60,102 nt of DNA, taken from Chloroflexota bacterium. Its GTDB lineage: Bacteria; Chloroflexota; Limnocylindria; QHBO01. This document shows, in pieces, positions 11,660-22,391 of the stretch. The translations under genes and the position numbers were made by a program. The number at the start of each line of letters is the position of its first letter. Within the stretch, counting starts at the first letter, position 1. The notes under the pieces were generated by a model that ran no database searches, was not told where the DNA came from, and was given only the letters and a program-made list of their open reading frames with translations. Location of the stretch: positions 1-60,102 of the forward strand of contig JBDTQD010000004.1 of the NCBI GenBank assembly GCA_039932375.1. Reading direction: 5' to 3'.

Positions 11660-12016
11660 GTGAGCGCGATCGACGAGCGCACCTATCGGGCCATGGTCGA
11701 AGCGCAGAGCGACCAGCAGATCGATACCTGGGCGGCCGACCTCTTCATCGACTTCGCCAAGCGGATGGGGGTCGGCACAGCGATCGCCGCGTTCTGCAAA
11801 GTGGCGGGCCTGGACGCCAAGGCTTTTCAGCGGGTGTTCCTTGTCGGCGGGGGACCGGACCATGTGGTCGGGATCGACACCGCCGGGGCCGTGGCAGCCC
11901 CGATCTTCGAGCTTCCTCGCGCGGTCGCGGGCCTGCGCCGCATTGATCCCGATGCGCGCCGCAAGCTGGTCGGCTTCCTCGTCGGTCAGCGCGGGGTGAT
12001 GAGCTACACCCCCTGA
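11660..12016 (+). CDS. Hypothetical protein
   Basis: GGAGGAG RBS, TAGAAT upstream, typical codon usage. Confidence 0.75.
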   Translation: MSAIDERTYRAMVEAQSDQQIDTWAADLFIDFAKRMGVGTAIAAFCKVAGLDAKAFQRVFLVGGGPDHVVGIDTAGAVAAPIFELPRAVAGLRRIDPDARRKLVGFLVGQRGVMSYTP

Positions 12017-12040
12017 CCCTGTGGGTCGGCGCGCCTGGAC

Positions 12041-13009
12041 CTACGCTTCGCGGGTGGCGCGGATGATGGCGATGGCGTTCTCGAGCTTCAGCTTGGTGAC
12101 GGTCAGGTATCGGGCCAGGTTGTCCCGGTTCGTGTCCGGGATCTCGTCGATCACTTCGCGGTTGCTGATGATGTCGACCAGCTCATCGATCGCGCCGGCC
12201 AGCCGGACGCGGTTGTTGACCAGCGCATCGTCGGCATTCCGGGCTGCGACGACCTGTCCAGCGACCGTACGGGCGCGGCGCTTGGGGGCGGCCGGCTCGT
12301 GCTTCGTCGCAGGCTCCCCGCCGGTGATGGCTCGCAGCCGCGAGAGGGTCAGCTCGCCGGCCGCCACCTTCTTGGCGAGGCGCCGGCGTGTCCGCTCGTC
12401 CTTGATCTTCATCAGCTCGTAGGCGTGGCTGAGGGTGTCTTTGCGCAGGGACACCAGCTCGCGAATCTCGGCCGGGGCCTCGGCGAGCCGGATCCGATTC
12501 TCGACATAGCCCTTGTCCTTGCCGATCTTCTGCGCCAGCTGACGCACCGAGTAGCCGAGGTCCGTCATCTTGCGGAACATCGCCGCCTCCTCGAGCGGCG
12601 AGACATCCTCGCGCTGCAGGTTCTCGATGATCGACACTTCGAGGGCCGTCTCATCATCGAACTCGACGACGATGGCGGGGATCGACTCGCGCTGTGCCAT
12701 CCGCGATGCGCGCCAGCGTCGCTCACCGGCGATCAGCTCGTACTGGGCGCCGACCGGGCGTACAAGGATCGGCTGCAGTACCCCGTGCTCACGGATCGAA
12801 TCGGCCAGCTCGGTGAGCGAATCCTCTTCGTAGGAGAGGCGCGGCTGAGCTGGGTTTGGCAGGATCCTCGAGACCGGAACCTCACGGATCTGGGCATGCG
12901 TCGCGCGTGACTCGATGAGCGACACGATGCCGGGCGCCAGGTCTGTCGCCTGTGCCTCGTCGAAGAGTCGGTGGATGTTCTCGCTGAATGCGGGTCGCTT
13001 GCTAGCCAA
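12041..13009 (-). CDS. parB: ParB/Spo0J CTPase partition protein with atypical recognition residues
   Basis: NPAQPR, GVLQPILVR, ELIAGERRWRA, IENLQRED, HTH; overlaps the parA stop. Confidence 0.92.
   Translation of the reverse strand: MASKRPAFSENIHRLFDEAQATDLAPGIVSLIESRATHAQIREVPVSRILPNPAQPRLSYEEDSLTELADSIREHGVLQPILVRPVGAQYELIAGERRWRASRMAQRESIPAIVVEFDDETALEVSIIENLQREDVSPLEEAAMFRKMTDLGYSVRQLAQKIGKDKGYVENRIRLAEAPAEIRELVSLRKDTLSHAYELMKIKDERTRRRLAKKVAAGELTLSRLRAITGGEPATKHEPAAPKRRARTVAGQVVAARNADDALVNNRVRLAGAIDELVDIISNREVIDEIPDTNRDNLARYLTVTKLKLENAIAIIRATREA
12434..12455. promoter_or_regulatory. Palindrome copy 1 (candidate non-canonical parS) inside parB
   Basis: GGTGTCTTTGCGCAGGGACACC; the core matches GTCTTTGCGCAAAGAC at 14/16. 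Confidence 0.55.
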
Positions 13010-13769
13010 GTTCAATTACCTCGCGCGCCAGGTCTCGGAACGATCGGGCGGCGGCCGAGTTGGTGGCGTATTCCGTGATTGGCTTGCCGGTGAGCGGCGC
13101 CTCTCCGAGCTTCACGGTCTGCTTGATCATGGTCGAGAAGACCCGATGGTCGCCCAGCTCCCGCAGATTCTGGAGCATCTCGCGGGCAAGCACCGTGCGG
13201 CCGTCATAGAAGGTGGCCAGCAGCCCAAGGATTTCCAGGTCGTGGTTGAGCTTGATCTTGATGGTGTTGATCACCTTGATCAGCGCGGTGAGCCCCTTGA
13301 TGGCGTAGTACTGGGTCTGGACCGGAATGATGACGCGGGAGCTGGCGACCAGTGCATTGATCGTCAGCAGCCCCAGCGTCGGCGGCGAATCGATGATGAC
13401 GACGTCGTACTGCCGTTCGGCCCAGCCATCGAGCGCGTCCCGCAGCACCATCTCGCGACCGATGGCGGTGAACAGCTCGACCTCCGTCGAGGCGAGGTCG
13501 AGGGTCGACGGTGCAACCGAGAGACCTGGCATCTCCGTCTGTCGGACGATGTCGTCCAGCGGCACACGGTCTTCCGAAAGCACATCGGCCATCGAATGGT
13601 GGACATCGGACAGACTGATACCGAGTCCCACCGTGAGGTTCGCCTGCGGGTCCATGTCGATGCAGAGGACCCGGTAACCCAACTCGGCGAGCGCCCCGCC
13701 GAGGTTGATAGAGGCGGTCGTCTTCCCGACGCCGCCCTTCTGGTTCGCGATCGAAATTACCTTGGTCAC
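13002..13769 (-). CDS. parA: ParA/Soj ATPase
   Basis: [37 protein letters not shown]. Confidence 0.95.
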   Translation of the reverse strand: MTKVISIANQKGGVGKTTASINLGGALAELGYRVLCIDMDPQANLTVGLGISLSDVHHSMADVLSEDRVPLDDIVRQTEMPGLSVAPSTLDLASTEVELFTAIGREMVLRDALDGWAERQYDVVIIDSPPTLGLLTINALVASSRVIIPVQTQYYAIKGLTALIKVINTIKIKLNHDLEILGLLATFYDGRTVLAREMLQNLRELGDHRVFSTMIKQTVKLGEAPLTGKPITEYATNSAAARSFRDLAREVIELG

Positions 13770-13861
13770 AAGCTCACCTAGCAACGGCCTGGGCGGGAAG
13801 GAATCGTCGCGACTGCGACCCGTCGATCATACGCGCCGGGGATCGTCCGCGACCATCCGAG

Positions 13862-13870
13862 TTATCCACA
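13862..13870 (+). promoter_or_regulatory. DnaA box in the parA/tRNA divergent promoter region
   Basis: Perfect TTATCCACA; degenerate TTGTCCACC at 13923-13931. Confidence 0.65.
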
Positions 13871-13888
13871 AGCTGGCGGAATGTCGAT

Positions 13889-13904
13889 GTCTTTGTGCAA
13901 AGAC
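13889..13904. promoter_or_regulatory. Palindrome copy 2 (candidate non-canonical parS/operator)
   Basis: GTCTTTGTGCAAAGAC, 15/16 match to the consensus. Confidence 0.6.
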
Positions 13905-13939
13905 GAGCCCGTATACTCGAAGTTGTCCACCATTCCATC

Positions 13940-14012
13940 GGGCCCATAGCTCAGTGGTTAGAGCATCCGGCTCATAACCGGCGGGTCGCAGGTTCGATCC
14001 CTGCTGGGCCCA
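13940..14012 (+). tRNA. tRNA with CAT anticodon, most likely tRNA-Ile2 (lysidine)
   Basis: GGGCCCA/TGGGCCC acceptor stem, CT-CAT-AA loop, A discriminator; paired 1-72 so not fMet; TATACT -10 at 13912-13917. Confidence 0.9.
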
Positions 14013-14032
14013 CTACAGCTCGGAGGATGCCC

Positions 14033-15583
14033 ATGTCGACGGCCGACAAGCTCGCGCATCTTCGCCAGCTGCGTGACGAGGCGAAGCTGGGTGGTGGCGA
14101 GCAGCGCATCGCGCAGCAGCACGAACGAAACAAGCTGACCGCACGCGAGCGGCTCGAGCTGCTGCTCGACGAAGGGTCGTTCGTGGAGCTGGATGCATTC
14201 GTGACGCATCGCGCCACCGACTTCGGCCTGGATCAAGAGCACTACCTGGGCGATGGGGTGGTGAGCGGTCACGGGCGTATCGATGAACGCCTCGTTTTCG
14301 TCTACGCGCAGGACTTCACAGTCTTCGGCGGGTCCCTCTCCGAGGCGCACGCGGAGAAGATCTGCAAGGTGATGGACCTGGCGATGGCGACGGGTGCACC
14401 GATCATCGGTCTCTCGGACTCGGGCGGCGCGCGGATCCAGGAAGGGGTTGCCTCGCTGGGCGGGTATGCCGAGATCTTCTTGCGCAACACACTGGCGTCG
14501 GGTGTGGTCCCGCAGATCTCGGTGGTGATGGGGCCGTGCGCGGGGGGCGCCGTATACTCGCCGGCGATCACCGACTTCACGGTCATGGTGGATGGCAGCA
14601 GCTACATGTTCGTCACTGGCCCCACCGTTGTGAAAACTGTGACGCACGAGGAGATCGACTTCGAGGGGCTCGGCGGTGCGCGCGTTCACAATGAGACGAG
14701 CGGCGTGGCGCACTTCCTGGCGGCGGGGGAGCCGCAGGCGATGGAGCTGACGCGACAGATCCTCGGTTACATGCCACAGAACAATGTCGATCCACCGCCG
14801 ACGCGCGAAGAGTGGAAGCCACCCGAGGTGGATGGCGCAGAGCTTGACGCCCTGGTCCCGGACTCGGCGCAGCGCTCCTACGACATGCATCGGGTCATCG
14901 CGGGCATTGTCGACGCTGGATCGTTCAACGAGGTTCACGCGCTCTTCGCGCGCAACATCATCTGCGGCTTCGCGCGGATCGAGGGACGCAGCGTCGGCAT
15001 CGTGGCGCAGCAGCCCGAGGTACTGGCCGGGGTGCTCGACATCGATGCGTCGGACAAGGCAGCGCGCTTCGTTCGCTTCTGCGACTGCTTCAATATTCCG
15101 CTCGTCACTCTGGTGGACGTCCCGGGATTTCTTCCCGGAGTCGACCAGGAGCACCGCGGCATCATCCGGCATGGGGCGAAGCTGCTGTACGCCTACTGCG
15201 AGGCGACGGTACCGAAGGTGACGGTCATCACGCGCAAGGCATATGGCGGCGCGTACGACGTCATGAGCAGCAAGCACGTCCGGGGAGACCTGAACTTCGC
15301 ATGGCCCACGGCGGAGATCGCGGTGATGGGCGTCGAGGGCGCCGTCAACATCATCTTTCGCGATCGCATCGCCGCCGCTGATGCGCCCGACGAAGAGCGA
15401 GCGAACCTGGTCGCCGAATACGAGGCGCGATTCGCGAACCCGTACATCGCTGCGGCGCGCGGCTATGTCGACGAGGTGATCCTGCCGTCGGAGACACGGG
15501 TGAGAGTCGTCGACGCGCTGGCGATGTTGGAGGGAAAGCGACAGTCGGTTCCCGCCCGGAAGCATGGCAACATCCCGCTCTGA
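14033..15583 (+). CDS. pccB: Acyl-CoA (propionyl-CoA) carboxylase carboxyltransferase subunit
   Basis: [55 protein letters not shown]. Confidence 0.93.
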   Translation: MSTADKLAHLRQLRDEAKLGGGEQRIAQQHERNKLTARERLELLLDEGSFVELDAFVTHRATDFGLDQEHYLGDGVVSGHGRIDERLVFVYAQDFTVFGGSLSEAHAEKICKVMDLAMATGAPIIGLSDSGGARIQEGVASLGGYAEIFLRNTLASGVVPQISVVMGPCAGGAVYSPAITDFTVMVDGSSYMFVTGPTVVKTVTHEEIDFEGLGGARVHNETSGVAHFLAAGEPQAMELTRQILGYMPQNNVDPPPTREEWKPPEVDGAELDALVPDSAQRSYDMHRVIAGIVDAGSFNEVHALFARNIICGFARIEGRSVGIVAQQPEVLAGVLDIDASDKAARFVRFCDCFNIPLVTLVDVPGFLPGVDQEHRGIIRHGAKLLYAYCEATVPKVTVITRKAYGGAYDVMSSKHVRGDLNFAWPTAEIAVMGVEGAVNIIFRDRIAAADAPDEERANLVAEYEARFANPYIAAARGYVDEVILPSETRVRVVDALAMLEGKRQSVPARKHGNIPL

Positions 15584-17150
15584 CGATCCGTCTTTGCGCA
15601 AAGACGGGGGCCTGAATGTTTCGAGCGGTCCGCCCTTTCGGCGGCTCCTGATCGCCAACCGTGGAGAGATCGCGGTGCGCGTCATCCGCGCGTGTCGCGA
15701 GCTGGGGATCGAATCGGTCGCCGTCTACAGCGACGCAGACGTCGATGCGCTCCACGCCAGGATCGCGGACCGGGCGGAGCGGATCGGGCCAGCCCCGGCG
15801 GCTGACTCGTATCTCTCGATCGATGCGGTGCTCGATGCGGCGCGCCGCTCCGGTGCCGAGGCGATCCACCCTGGCTACGGGTTCCTGTCCGAGAACGCGG
15901 ACTTCGCCAGGGCCGTCGAGGGAGCAGGTCTGGTCTTCATCGGTCCGCCCCCGGCCACCCTGGCCGCGCTGGGCGACAAGCTCGCTGCGCGACGGAGCGT
16001 CGCGGCGGCAGGGGTGCCGATTGTTCCCGGCCTCCTGGTCCCGCTGCTCGTTGACTCGGACGGCACGCTACCGGCCGACGTGGCCGAGGTCGGCTTCCCG
16101 GCGCTCCTGAAAGCTCGGGCTGGCGGTGGCGGGCGCGGCATGCGACGGGTCGACCGGCTCGAGGAGGTCGGCCCGGCGCTGGCGAGTGCGAGCCGCGAGG
16201 CGCTGGCGGCATTCGGCGACGGCACCCTCTACATGGAGCGCCTGATCGACCCAGCGCGGCACGTCGAGGTCCAACTGCTCGGTGACCGAACGGGGGCCCT
16301 GGCGGTGCTCGGCGAGCGCGAGTGCAGCGTCCAGCGCCGCCACCAGAAACTGGTCGAAGAGTCGCCGTCGCCGGTCGTCACGCCCGAGCTGCGCAGCAGG
16401 CTGGCCGACAGCGCGCGCCTGGTCGCGGGCACGGTGACCTTCCACAACGCCGCGACCGTCGAGTTCCTGCTGGACGCCAACGGCAACCATTACTTCCTGG
16501 AGATGAACACCAGGCTGCAGGTCGAGCATGGCGTTACCGAGCTGGTGACCGGCCTCGACCTGGTCGCCTGGCAGATCCGTATCGCGGCGGGGGAACGGTT
16601 GCCGCCGGACATGCTCGCGATCGATCCGCGCGGCCACGCGATCGAGGTGCGGATCTATGCCGAGAACCCGCACCAGGCCTTCGCCCCCGTGGCCGGCGCG
16701 ATCTCCGCCTGGCGGATGCCCGCCGGTCCGGGCGTGCGGGTGGATGCCGGCATCGGCGCCGATGCGGCCCTACCAGTCGAATACGACCCGCTCCTCGCGA
16801 AGCTGCTGGTGCATGCCGACGACCGCTCTGCCGCGATCGCGCGCCTGCGTCGCGCCCTGGCTGAGACCCTCATCGGTGGCCTGCAGACCGACCTCTCGTT
16901 CCATCGCTGGCTGGTCGACGAGGCCGGCTTCGTGGCGGGGGAGTACGACACCGGCCTGATCGACGATCGCTGGGGCAAGGGGCCGGCGCTGACCGCCGAC
17001 GAGCGATCGCTGGCGGCGTGGGTCGCGCTCCAGGCGCGGACGCAAAACGGAGCTGAGCGCCCTCCCGAGGAGGCTCGGTCGCCCGCAGGCGACACTGCCT
17101 GGGCGGCCCTCGCGCGCCGAGAGGCGGTCGACAGGCGGCGAAGCCGATGA
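15564..17150 (+). CDS. Biotin carboxylase subunit (start uncertain; alternative CTG at 15612)
   Basis: [52 protein letters not shown]. Confidence 0.92.
   Translation: MATSRSDDPSLRKDGGLNVSSGPPFRRLLIANRGEIAVRVIRACRELGIESVAVYSDADVDALHARIADRAERIGPAPAADSYLSIDAVLDAARRSGAEAIHPGYGFLSENADFARAVEGAGLVFIGPPPATLAALGDKLAARRSVAAAGVPIVPGLLVPLLVDSDGTLPADVAEVGFPALLKARAGGGGRGMRRVDRLEEVGPALASASREALAAFGDGTLYMERLIDPARHVEVQLLGDRTGALAVLGERECSVQRRHQKLVEESPSPVVTPELRSRLADSARLVAGTVTFHNAATVEFLLDANGNHYFLEMNTRLQVEHGVTELVTGLDLVAWQIRIAAGERLPPDMLAIDPRGHAIEVRIYAENPHQAFAPVAGAISAWRMPAGPGVRVDAGIGADAALPVEYDPLLAKLLVHADDRSAAIARLRRALAETLIGGLQTDLSFHRWLVDEAGFVAGEYDTGLIDDRWGKGPALTADERSLAAWVALQARTQNGAERPPEEARSPAGDTAWAALARREAVDRRRSR
15588..15607. 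promoter_or_regulatory. Palindrome copy 3 (candidate non-canonical parS)
   Basis: Perfect 20-bp palindrome CCGTCTTTGCGCAAAGACGG just after the pccB stop. Confidence 0.6.
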
Positions 17151-17611
17151 CTGACCTCCGGCTGGCGATCGATGGAGCCACGATCGAGCCCGCCACGGGG
17201 TGGACGATCGCCTGGATTGATCCGGGGGCAGGGATCGCCCAGCTGACCGACGGATCGCGCTCGGAGCTCTGCCTGGTCGAGGGGTCGGGGAGCGACTGGG
17301 TCGTGACCCTGCGCGGGCGTCGGATCGAGGTCTCTGCTCGCACCTGGCGTGAGCGGGTGCTTGCCGAGGCGGAGTCGGCGTCGGGGACTCGGGGCGGCCC
17401 GATCGAGGTACGCGCGACCCTGCCGGGGCTGGTGGTGGCGGTCGCTGTCCAGGATGGGGACGTGGTGGCCGAGGGCGAGACCCTGCTCACCATTGAGGCG
17501 ATGAAGATGCAGAACGAGGTCCGCTCGCCCCGAGCTGGGCGAGTGGCGGCGCTCGCGGTTGCGGCCGGTCGGACGGTCGCGCCCGGGACCCCGCTGCTGC
17601 GCATCGAGTGA
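17147..17611 (+). CDS. Biotin carboxyl carrier protein
   Basis: EAMKMQNE biotinylation motif. Confidence 0.92.
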   Translation: MTDLRLAIDGATIEPATGWTIAWIDPGAGIAQLTDGSRSELCLVEGSGSDWVVTLRGRRIEVSARTWRERVLAEAESASGTRGGPIEVRATLPGLVVAVAVQDGDVVAEGETLLTIEAMKMQNEVRSPRAGRVAALAVAAGRTVAPGTPLLRIE

Positions 17612-17649
17612 CGTGGCTGGTCGGGCCACGCGGGTCGGTACAATCGGCC

Positions 17650-19251
17650 GTGATGAGCGAGCCCGAGCGCGCCGACCGGCCTCCGCATTGGTCCACGTCG
17701 GGGATCGAGATCCGGCCTGTCTACGTGGCCAGCGACCGGGCTGAAAGCAACGCGGCCGAGACAATCGGGGAGCCCGGCGCCTACCCCTTCACGCGCGGCA
17801 TCCACCCCGACGGGTACCGCACCCGGCCGTGGACGATGCGCCAGTACGCAGGGTTCGGGTCAGCGGCCGAGACGAATCGGCGCTTCAAATACCTGCTCGC
17901 CAGCGGCCAGACCGGCCTCTCGGTGGCCTTCGACCTGCCGACCCAGATGGGCTACGACAGCGATGACCCGATGGCGGCCGGCGAGGTGGGGAGAGTTGGC
18001 GTCCCGATCGACACGATCGCAGATATGGATGCCCTCTTCTCCGGGATCCGCCTCGACGCGGTCAGCACCAGCATGACCATCAACGCCACCGCCGCCATCG
18101 TGCTGGTCCTGTACGAGACGGTCGCCCGTCGGCAGGGGATCGAGCCGTCGGGCCTACGGGGCACGATCCAGAACGACATTCTCAAGGAGTACATCGCGCG
18201 GGGGACATATATCTATCCGCCGGAGCCCTCGATGCGGCTGGTGACCGACACCTTCGCCTATTGCCGGACCGAGATGCCTGCCTGGAACACGATCAGCATC
18301 AGCGGGTATCACATGCGCGAGGCGGGTGCGACGGCCGTGCAGGAGGTCGCCTTCACCATCGCCGATGCAATCGCCTACAGCGAGGCCGCGATCGCCGCCG
18401 GCATGGCGTTCGACGAGTTCGCCCCCCGACTCTCCTTCTTCTTTGCGGCCCACAACGACCTGTTCGAGGAGGTCGCCAAGTTCCGTGCCGCGCGGCGTGC
18501 CTGGGCGCGGGTGGCGCGCGACCGCTTCGGCGCCCGCGAGCCGCGCAGCATGGCGCTGCGCTTCCACGTCCAGACCGGCGGCAGCACGCTGACCGCCCAG
18601 CAGCCGGAAACGAACGTGGTCAGAACCACGGTGCAGGCGCTGGCCGCCATCCTGGGCGGCGCGCAGAGCCTGCACACCAACGCCTCCGACGAGGCGCTCG
18701 GCCTGCCCACCCCGGCGACGGCTCGGCTGGCGCTCCGGACTCAACAAGTGTTGGCTGCAGAATCGGGCGTCAGCACCCCGGTCGACCCGCTTGGTGGGTC
18801 GTACTACCTCGAGACCCTCACCGACGAGATCGATCAGCGGGTGGTTGCCGAGCTGGCCGAGATCGACCGTCGCGGCGGTACGCTGGCAGCGCTGGGCGAC
18901 GGTTACCAGCAGGCCGCCATTGCGGATGCGGCCTATGCGGCGCAGCGCGCGATCGAGGCGGGGAACCTGATCGTGGTGGGGGTGAATGCCTTCGTGGAGC
19001 AGGGCGATGAGCTCCGGCCGCAAGCCCAGGCGATCGACCCGCAGGCCGAGGCGGAGCAAGCGGAACGGACTCGCTCGGTCCGGGCCGGTCGCGACGCGAC
19101 GCGTGCTGCGGGGGCCACGAAGGCGCTCGCCACGGCCGCCGCGGGCACCGAGAACGTCCTGCCACGGATCCGCGCCGCCATCGAGGCACAGGTCACGCTG
19201 GGCGAGATCAGTGGCGTTCTGCGGGGCGTGTGGGGGGAGCATCGGCCGTGA
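17650..19251 (+). CDS. Methylmalonyl-CoA mutase, catalytic (N-terminal-domain) subunit
   Basis: [57 protein letters not shown]; no DxHxxG B12-binding domain. Confidence 0.92.
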   Translation: MMSEPERADRPPHWSTSGIEIRPVYVASDRAESNAAETIGEPGAYPFTRGIHPDGYRTRPWTMRQYAGFGSAAETNRRFKYLLASGQTGLSVAFDLPTQMGYDSDDPMAAGEVGRVGVPIDTIADMDALFSGIRLDAVSTSMTINATAAIVLVLYETVARRQGIEPSGLRGTIQNDILKEYIARGTYIYPPEPSMRLVTDTFAYCRTEMPAWNTISISGYHMREAGATAVQEVAFTIADAIAYSEAAIAAGMAFDEFAPRLSFFFAAHNDLFEEVAKFRAARRAWARVARDRFGAREPRSMALRFHVQTGGSTLTAQQPETNVVRTTVQALAAILGGAQSLHTNASDEALGLPTPATARLALRTQQVLAAESGVSTPVDPLGGSYYLETLTDEIDQRVVAELAEIDRRGGTLAALGDGYQQAAIADAAYAAQRAIEAGNLIVVGVNAFVEQGDELRPQAQAIDPQAEAEQAERTRSVRAGRDATRAAGATKALATAAAGTENVLPRIRAAIEAQVTLGEISGVLRGVWGEHRP

Positions 19252-19667
19252 CCATCGGCCCGATCGACCACGTCGCCGTGGTGGTCCGCTCCATCGACGA
19301 GGCGCTGCCGCGCTATCGCGCCCTCTTTGGCTGGCAGCCGCTCGACGAACCGCGCATCTTCGCCTCCCAGCGCGTCCGCCTGTGCTTCCTGCCGACGGGC
19401 CCCGACCCGGCCGCCAGGGTCGAGCTGGTGGAGCCGATCGACAACGAGAGTGGCGTGGCCCGCTTCCTGGCGACCCGCGGCGAGGGGCTGCACCATGTCT
19501 GTCTACGCAGCGACGACCTGGCCGCCGACCTGGGGGCGCTGGCCGCCGCCGATGCCGAGCTGATCAACAGCGAGCCGAGGCCCGGGGCGCATGGCCAGGT
19601 TGCCTTCATTCATCCGCGGACGCTCAACGGCGTGCTGTGGGAGCTGCTCCACCGCGAGAATCCATGA
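19248..19667 (+). CDS. mce: Methylmalonyl-CoA epimerase (VOC fold)
   Basis: [34 protein letters not shown]; coupled to the mutase. Confidence 0.88.
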   Translation: MTIGPIDHVAVVVRSIDEALPRYRALFGWQPLDEPRIFASQRVRLCFLPTGPDPAARVELVEPIDNESGVARFLATRGEGLHHVCLRSDDLAADLGALAAADAELINSEPRPGAHGQVAFIHPRTLNGVLWELLHRENP

Positions 19668-19674
19668 GGAGACG

Positions 19675-20256
19675 ATGACCGAGCCTGTCACGCCGCCAAT
19701 TCCGGAACGTCCCCTGCTCCACGGGGAACGGGTCTGGCTCCGCCCGATGGAGGAGCGCGACCTGCCCGCCTACGTCGCCGGCATCAACGACACCGAGGTC
19801 GGCGGCTGGGCCGGCTACCGGATGCCCTTCAGCCTGGAGCAGGCCAACGCCTGGCATACCCACAATCTCGAGCAGTCCCGGTCTGGCGAGGCATTCTTCT
19901 TCGCTGTCTGCGAAATGGGAGACGACCGTTTCATCGGCACCATCTGGTTCAAGGAGATCAACAGGCTCGACCTCAACGCTGAGCTCGCCATCTACATGGA
20001 CCACGACCACCTCGGCGCCGGATGGGGGAGCGATGCGCAGCGCACCCTCCTGGCGTTCGGGTTTGGAACCCTGGGCCTGGAGCGGATCTGGTTGACAGTG
20101 ATGGCCGACAACGCCCGCGCGATCCGCTCGTACGAGAAGGTCGGGTTTCGGCGCGAGGGGGTCATGCGCCGCTCATTCCGTGTACGGGGGACCCTGACGG
20201 ACAGCCTCATCATGGCGATCCTGCGCGACGAATGGGAGGCTGGCCCAAAGGGTTAG
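19675..20256 (+). CDS. GNAT acetyltransferase (RimJ/RimL-like)
   Basis: [29 protein letters not shown]. Confidence 0.88.
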   Translation: MTEPVTPPIPERPLLHGERVWLRPMEERDLPAYVAGINDTEVGGWAGYRMPFSLEQANAWHTHNLEQSRSGEAFFFAVCEMGDDRFIGTIWFKEINRLDLNAELAIYMDHDHLGAGWGSDAQRTLLAFGFGTLGLERIWLTVMADNARAIRSYEKVGFRREGVMRRSFRVRGTLTDSLIMAILRDEWEAGPKG

Positions 20257-21131
20257 CGGACGCCGGCCTCACGCAGCAGCGCCGGGATCTGCGACGGTGA
20301 ATCGGCGACCCGGATGCCGGCCGCCTGGAGCGCCTGCCGCTTCGATTCGGCGGTCCCGGCGCCTCCCGCGATGATCGCTCCGGCGTGCCCCATGCGGCGT
20401 CCAGGCGGGGCGGTTCGGCCCGCGATGAAGGCAGCGATCGGCTTCCGCACCTCGCGCGCGCAGTAGGCGGCCGCGCGCTCCTCCTCATCGCCGCCGATCT
20501 CGCCGATCAGCACGATCGCCTCGGTCTGCGGATCGGCATTGAACATCTCGAGGACGTCCATGAAGGTCGTGCCCACGATCGGGTCGCCGCCGATCCCGAC
20601 GCAGGTCGTCTGTCCGACTCCGGCATCGGTCATCGCCTGCACCACCTCGTAGGTGAGGGTGCCGGAACGGCTGACCAGCCCCACTGGCCCCGGGCGGTGG
20701 ATGTTGCCGGGGATGATCCCGACCTTCGCCCCGCCGACGGTCGTCACGCCGGGACAGTTCGGGCCGATCAGGCGCACCCCCTGCCCCCGCAGCACCTCGT
20801 GCACGCGCAGCATGTCGAGCACCGGGATCCCCTCGGTGATGCAGATGATCAACGGCACGCCGGCGTCGCCCGCCTCCAGGATCGCATCGGGAGCGAAGGG
20901 TGCTGGCACGAAGATGCAGGCGGCATCGGCCCCGGTCTGGGCAACCGCTTCGGCGACCGTGTCGAACACGGGCACGCGCCCGTCGACCGCTGCCTGTCCG
21001 CCCTTGCCGGGGGTCACCCCGGCCACGATGTTCGTGCCGTAATCGAGCATGGCGCGGGAGTGGAATTCGCCCTCGCGCCCGGTGATCCCCTGCACCAGCA
21101 GGCGGGTCTGCCCGTCGACCAGGATGCTCAA
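20253..21131 (-). CDS. sucD: Succinyl-CoA ligase alpha subunit
   Basis: [37 protein letters not shown]. Confidence 0.96.
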   Translation of the reverse strand: MSILVDGQTRLLVQGITGREGEFHSRAMLDYGTNIVAGVTPGKGGQAAVDGRVPVFDTVAEAVAQTGADAACIFVPAPFAPDAILEAGDAGVPLIICITEGIPVLDMLRVHEVLRGQGVRLIGPNCPGVTTVGGAKVGIIPGNIHRPGPVGLVSRSGTLTYEVVQAMTDAGVGQTTCVGIGGDPIVGTTFMDVLEMFNADPQTEAIVLIGEIGGDEEERAAAYCAREVRKPIAAFIAGRTAPPGRRMGHAGAIIAGGAGTAESKRQALQAAGIRVADSPSQIPALLREAGVR

Positions 21132-22267
21132 GCGCCCGATCCCGCCGCCGCGACCGCCTTGCGGGCGGCGTCGTCCAGGCTGTCGGCCGTGATCAGGTTG
21201 GCGGCTCGCAGGATCTCGGCCGCCTCGGCAGCGTTCGTGCCGACGATGCGGACCACCATCGGCACCTGTCGGCCGAGCGAGGCCCGCGCCTCGACGATCC
21301 CGCGCGCCACCTCGTCGCCACGGGTGATGCCGCCGAAGATGTTGATGAGGATCGCGCGCACATTCGGATCGTCCAGGATGATCCGGAAGGCGGCCGCCAC
21401 CCGCTCTGCCTTTGCCCCGCCGCCGATGTCCAGGAAGTTGGCCGGCTCGCCGCCGACGAGCTTCACGAGGTCCATGGTCGTCATCGCCAGGCCGGCGCCA
21501 TTCACCATGCAGCCGATGCTCCCCTCGAGCTTGATGAAGTTGATCCCTGCCTCGCGGGCGGCTATCTCGGACGGTTCCTCCTCGCCGAGGTCGCGGAGCG
21601 CCTCCAGGTCCGGGTGCCGGAAGAGCGCCGAGTCGTCGAGCACCATCTTGGCGTCGAGGGCCATCAGCTCTCCCTGCTCCGTCACGACCAGCGGATTGAT
21701 CTCGGCCAGGTCGGCATCCGACTCCACGAAGGCAGCGTGCAGCCCGCGCAGCATGGCAGCGAATTCCTTGCGCAGGTCGGCGGGGAGGCCGAGGAAGAAG
21801 GCCACCCGTCGCACCTGGTATTCCTGGAGGCCGATGAGCGGATGGAGCGGCAGGCGCAGGATTGCCTGGGGGTTGGTCGCCGCCGTCTCCTCGATCTCGA
21901 CGCCGCCCTCGGCGCTGGCGATGAGGGTGATCGCCTGCCCGCCACGGTCGAGGATGAATGCGACGTAGTACTCCTTCGCGATGTCCGCGGCGGGGGCGAC
22001 CAGCACGGTCCGGACCGTCACGCCCTTGATATCCAGGCCGATGATCTCGGCGGCGCGCTGTGCCGCCTCATTGGGCGTGGCTGCCAGCTTTACTCCTCCA
22101 GCCTTGCCGCGACCGCCGACCAGCACCTGCGCCTTGACCACGACCGGCCCGCCGGTGCGCTGCGCGGCCGCGCGCGCCTCCTCCGGAGTGGTGGCGACCT
22201 CGCCGACCGCAACCGGGACGCCGTGCCGAGCCAGGATCTCCTTGCTGCGGTACTCCTGGAGCTTCAC
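21128..22267 (-). CDS. sucC: Succinyl-CoA ligase beta subunit
   Basis: [43 protein letters not shown]. Confidence 0.96.
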   Translation of the reverse strand: MKLQEYRSKEILARHGVPVAVGEVATTPEEARAAAQRTGGPVVVKAQVLVGGRGKAGGVKLAATPNEAAQRAAEIIGLDIKGVTVRTVLVAPAADIAKEYYVAFILDRGGQAITLIASAEGGVEIEETAATNPQAILRLPLHPLIGLQEYQVRRVAFFLGLPADLRKEFAAMLRGLHAAFVESDADLAEINPLVVTEQGELMALDAKMVLDDSALFRHPDLEALRDLGEEEPSEIAAREAGINFIKLEGSIGCMVNGAGLAMTTMDLVKLVGGEPANFLDIGGGAKAERVAAAFRIILDDPNVRAILINIFGGITRGDEVARGIVEARASLGRQVPMVVRIVGTNAAEAAEILRAANLITADSLDDAARKAVAAAGSGA

Positions 22268-22391
22268 CCGGTGAGTCTACCGGCGCGACCTCCATCGGGA
22301 GCCCACATCGTCGGCGCGCCGCCCGGCCCCGACCTACACTGACCCGCGCACCCGCCGGCGCTGTGACCGGCGCGTACCGGAGCACCAGCAC

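Noticed and set aside
13785-13939. oriC next to parAB
   Set aside because: Only one perfect DnaA box, no AT-rich unwinding element, and no dnaA/dnaN/gidA/rpmH in the window. It cannot be fully excluded without GC skew.
9897-14012. Genomic island between tRNA-Asn and tRNA-Ile2 carrying parAB
   Set aside because: No integrase, no duplicated tRNA 3' end and no obvious compositional shift; the third palindrome lies outside the interval, among core genes.
14474-14492. Partial matches to the new palindrome (TTGCGCAA here; also near 21766 and the half-site GTCTTTGCG near 57008)
   Set aside because: Only the core or one half matches, which is expected by chance in coding DNA.
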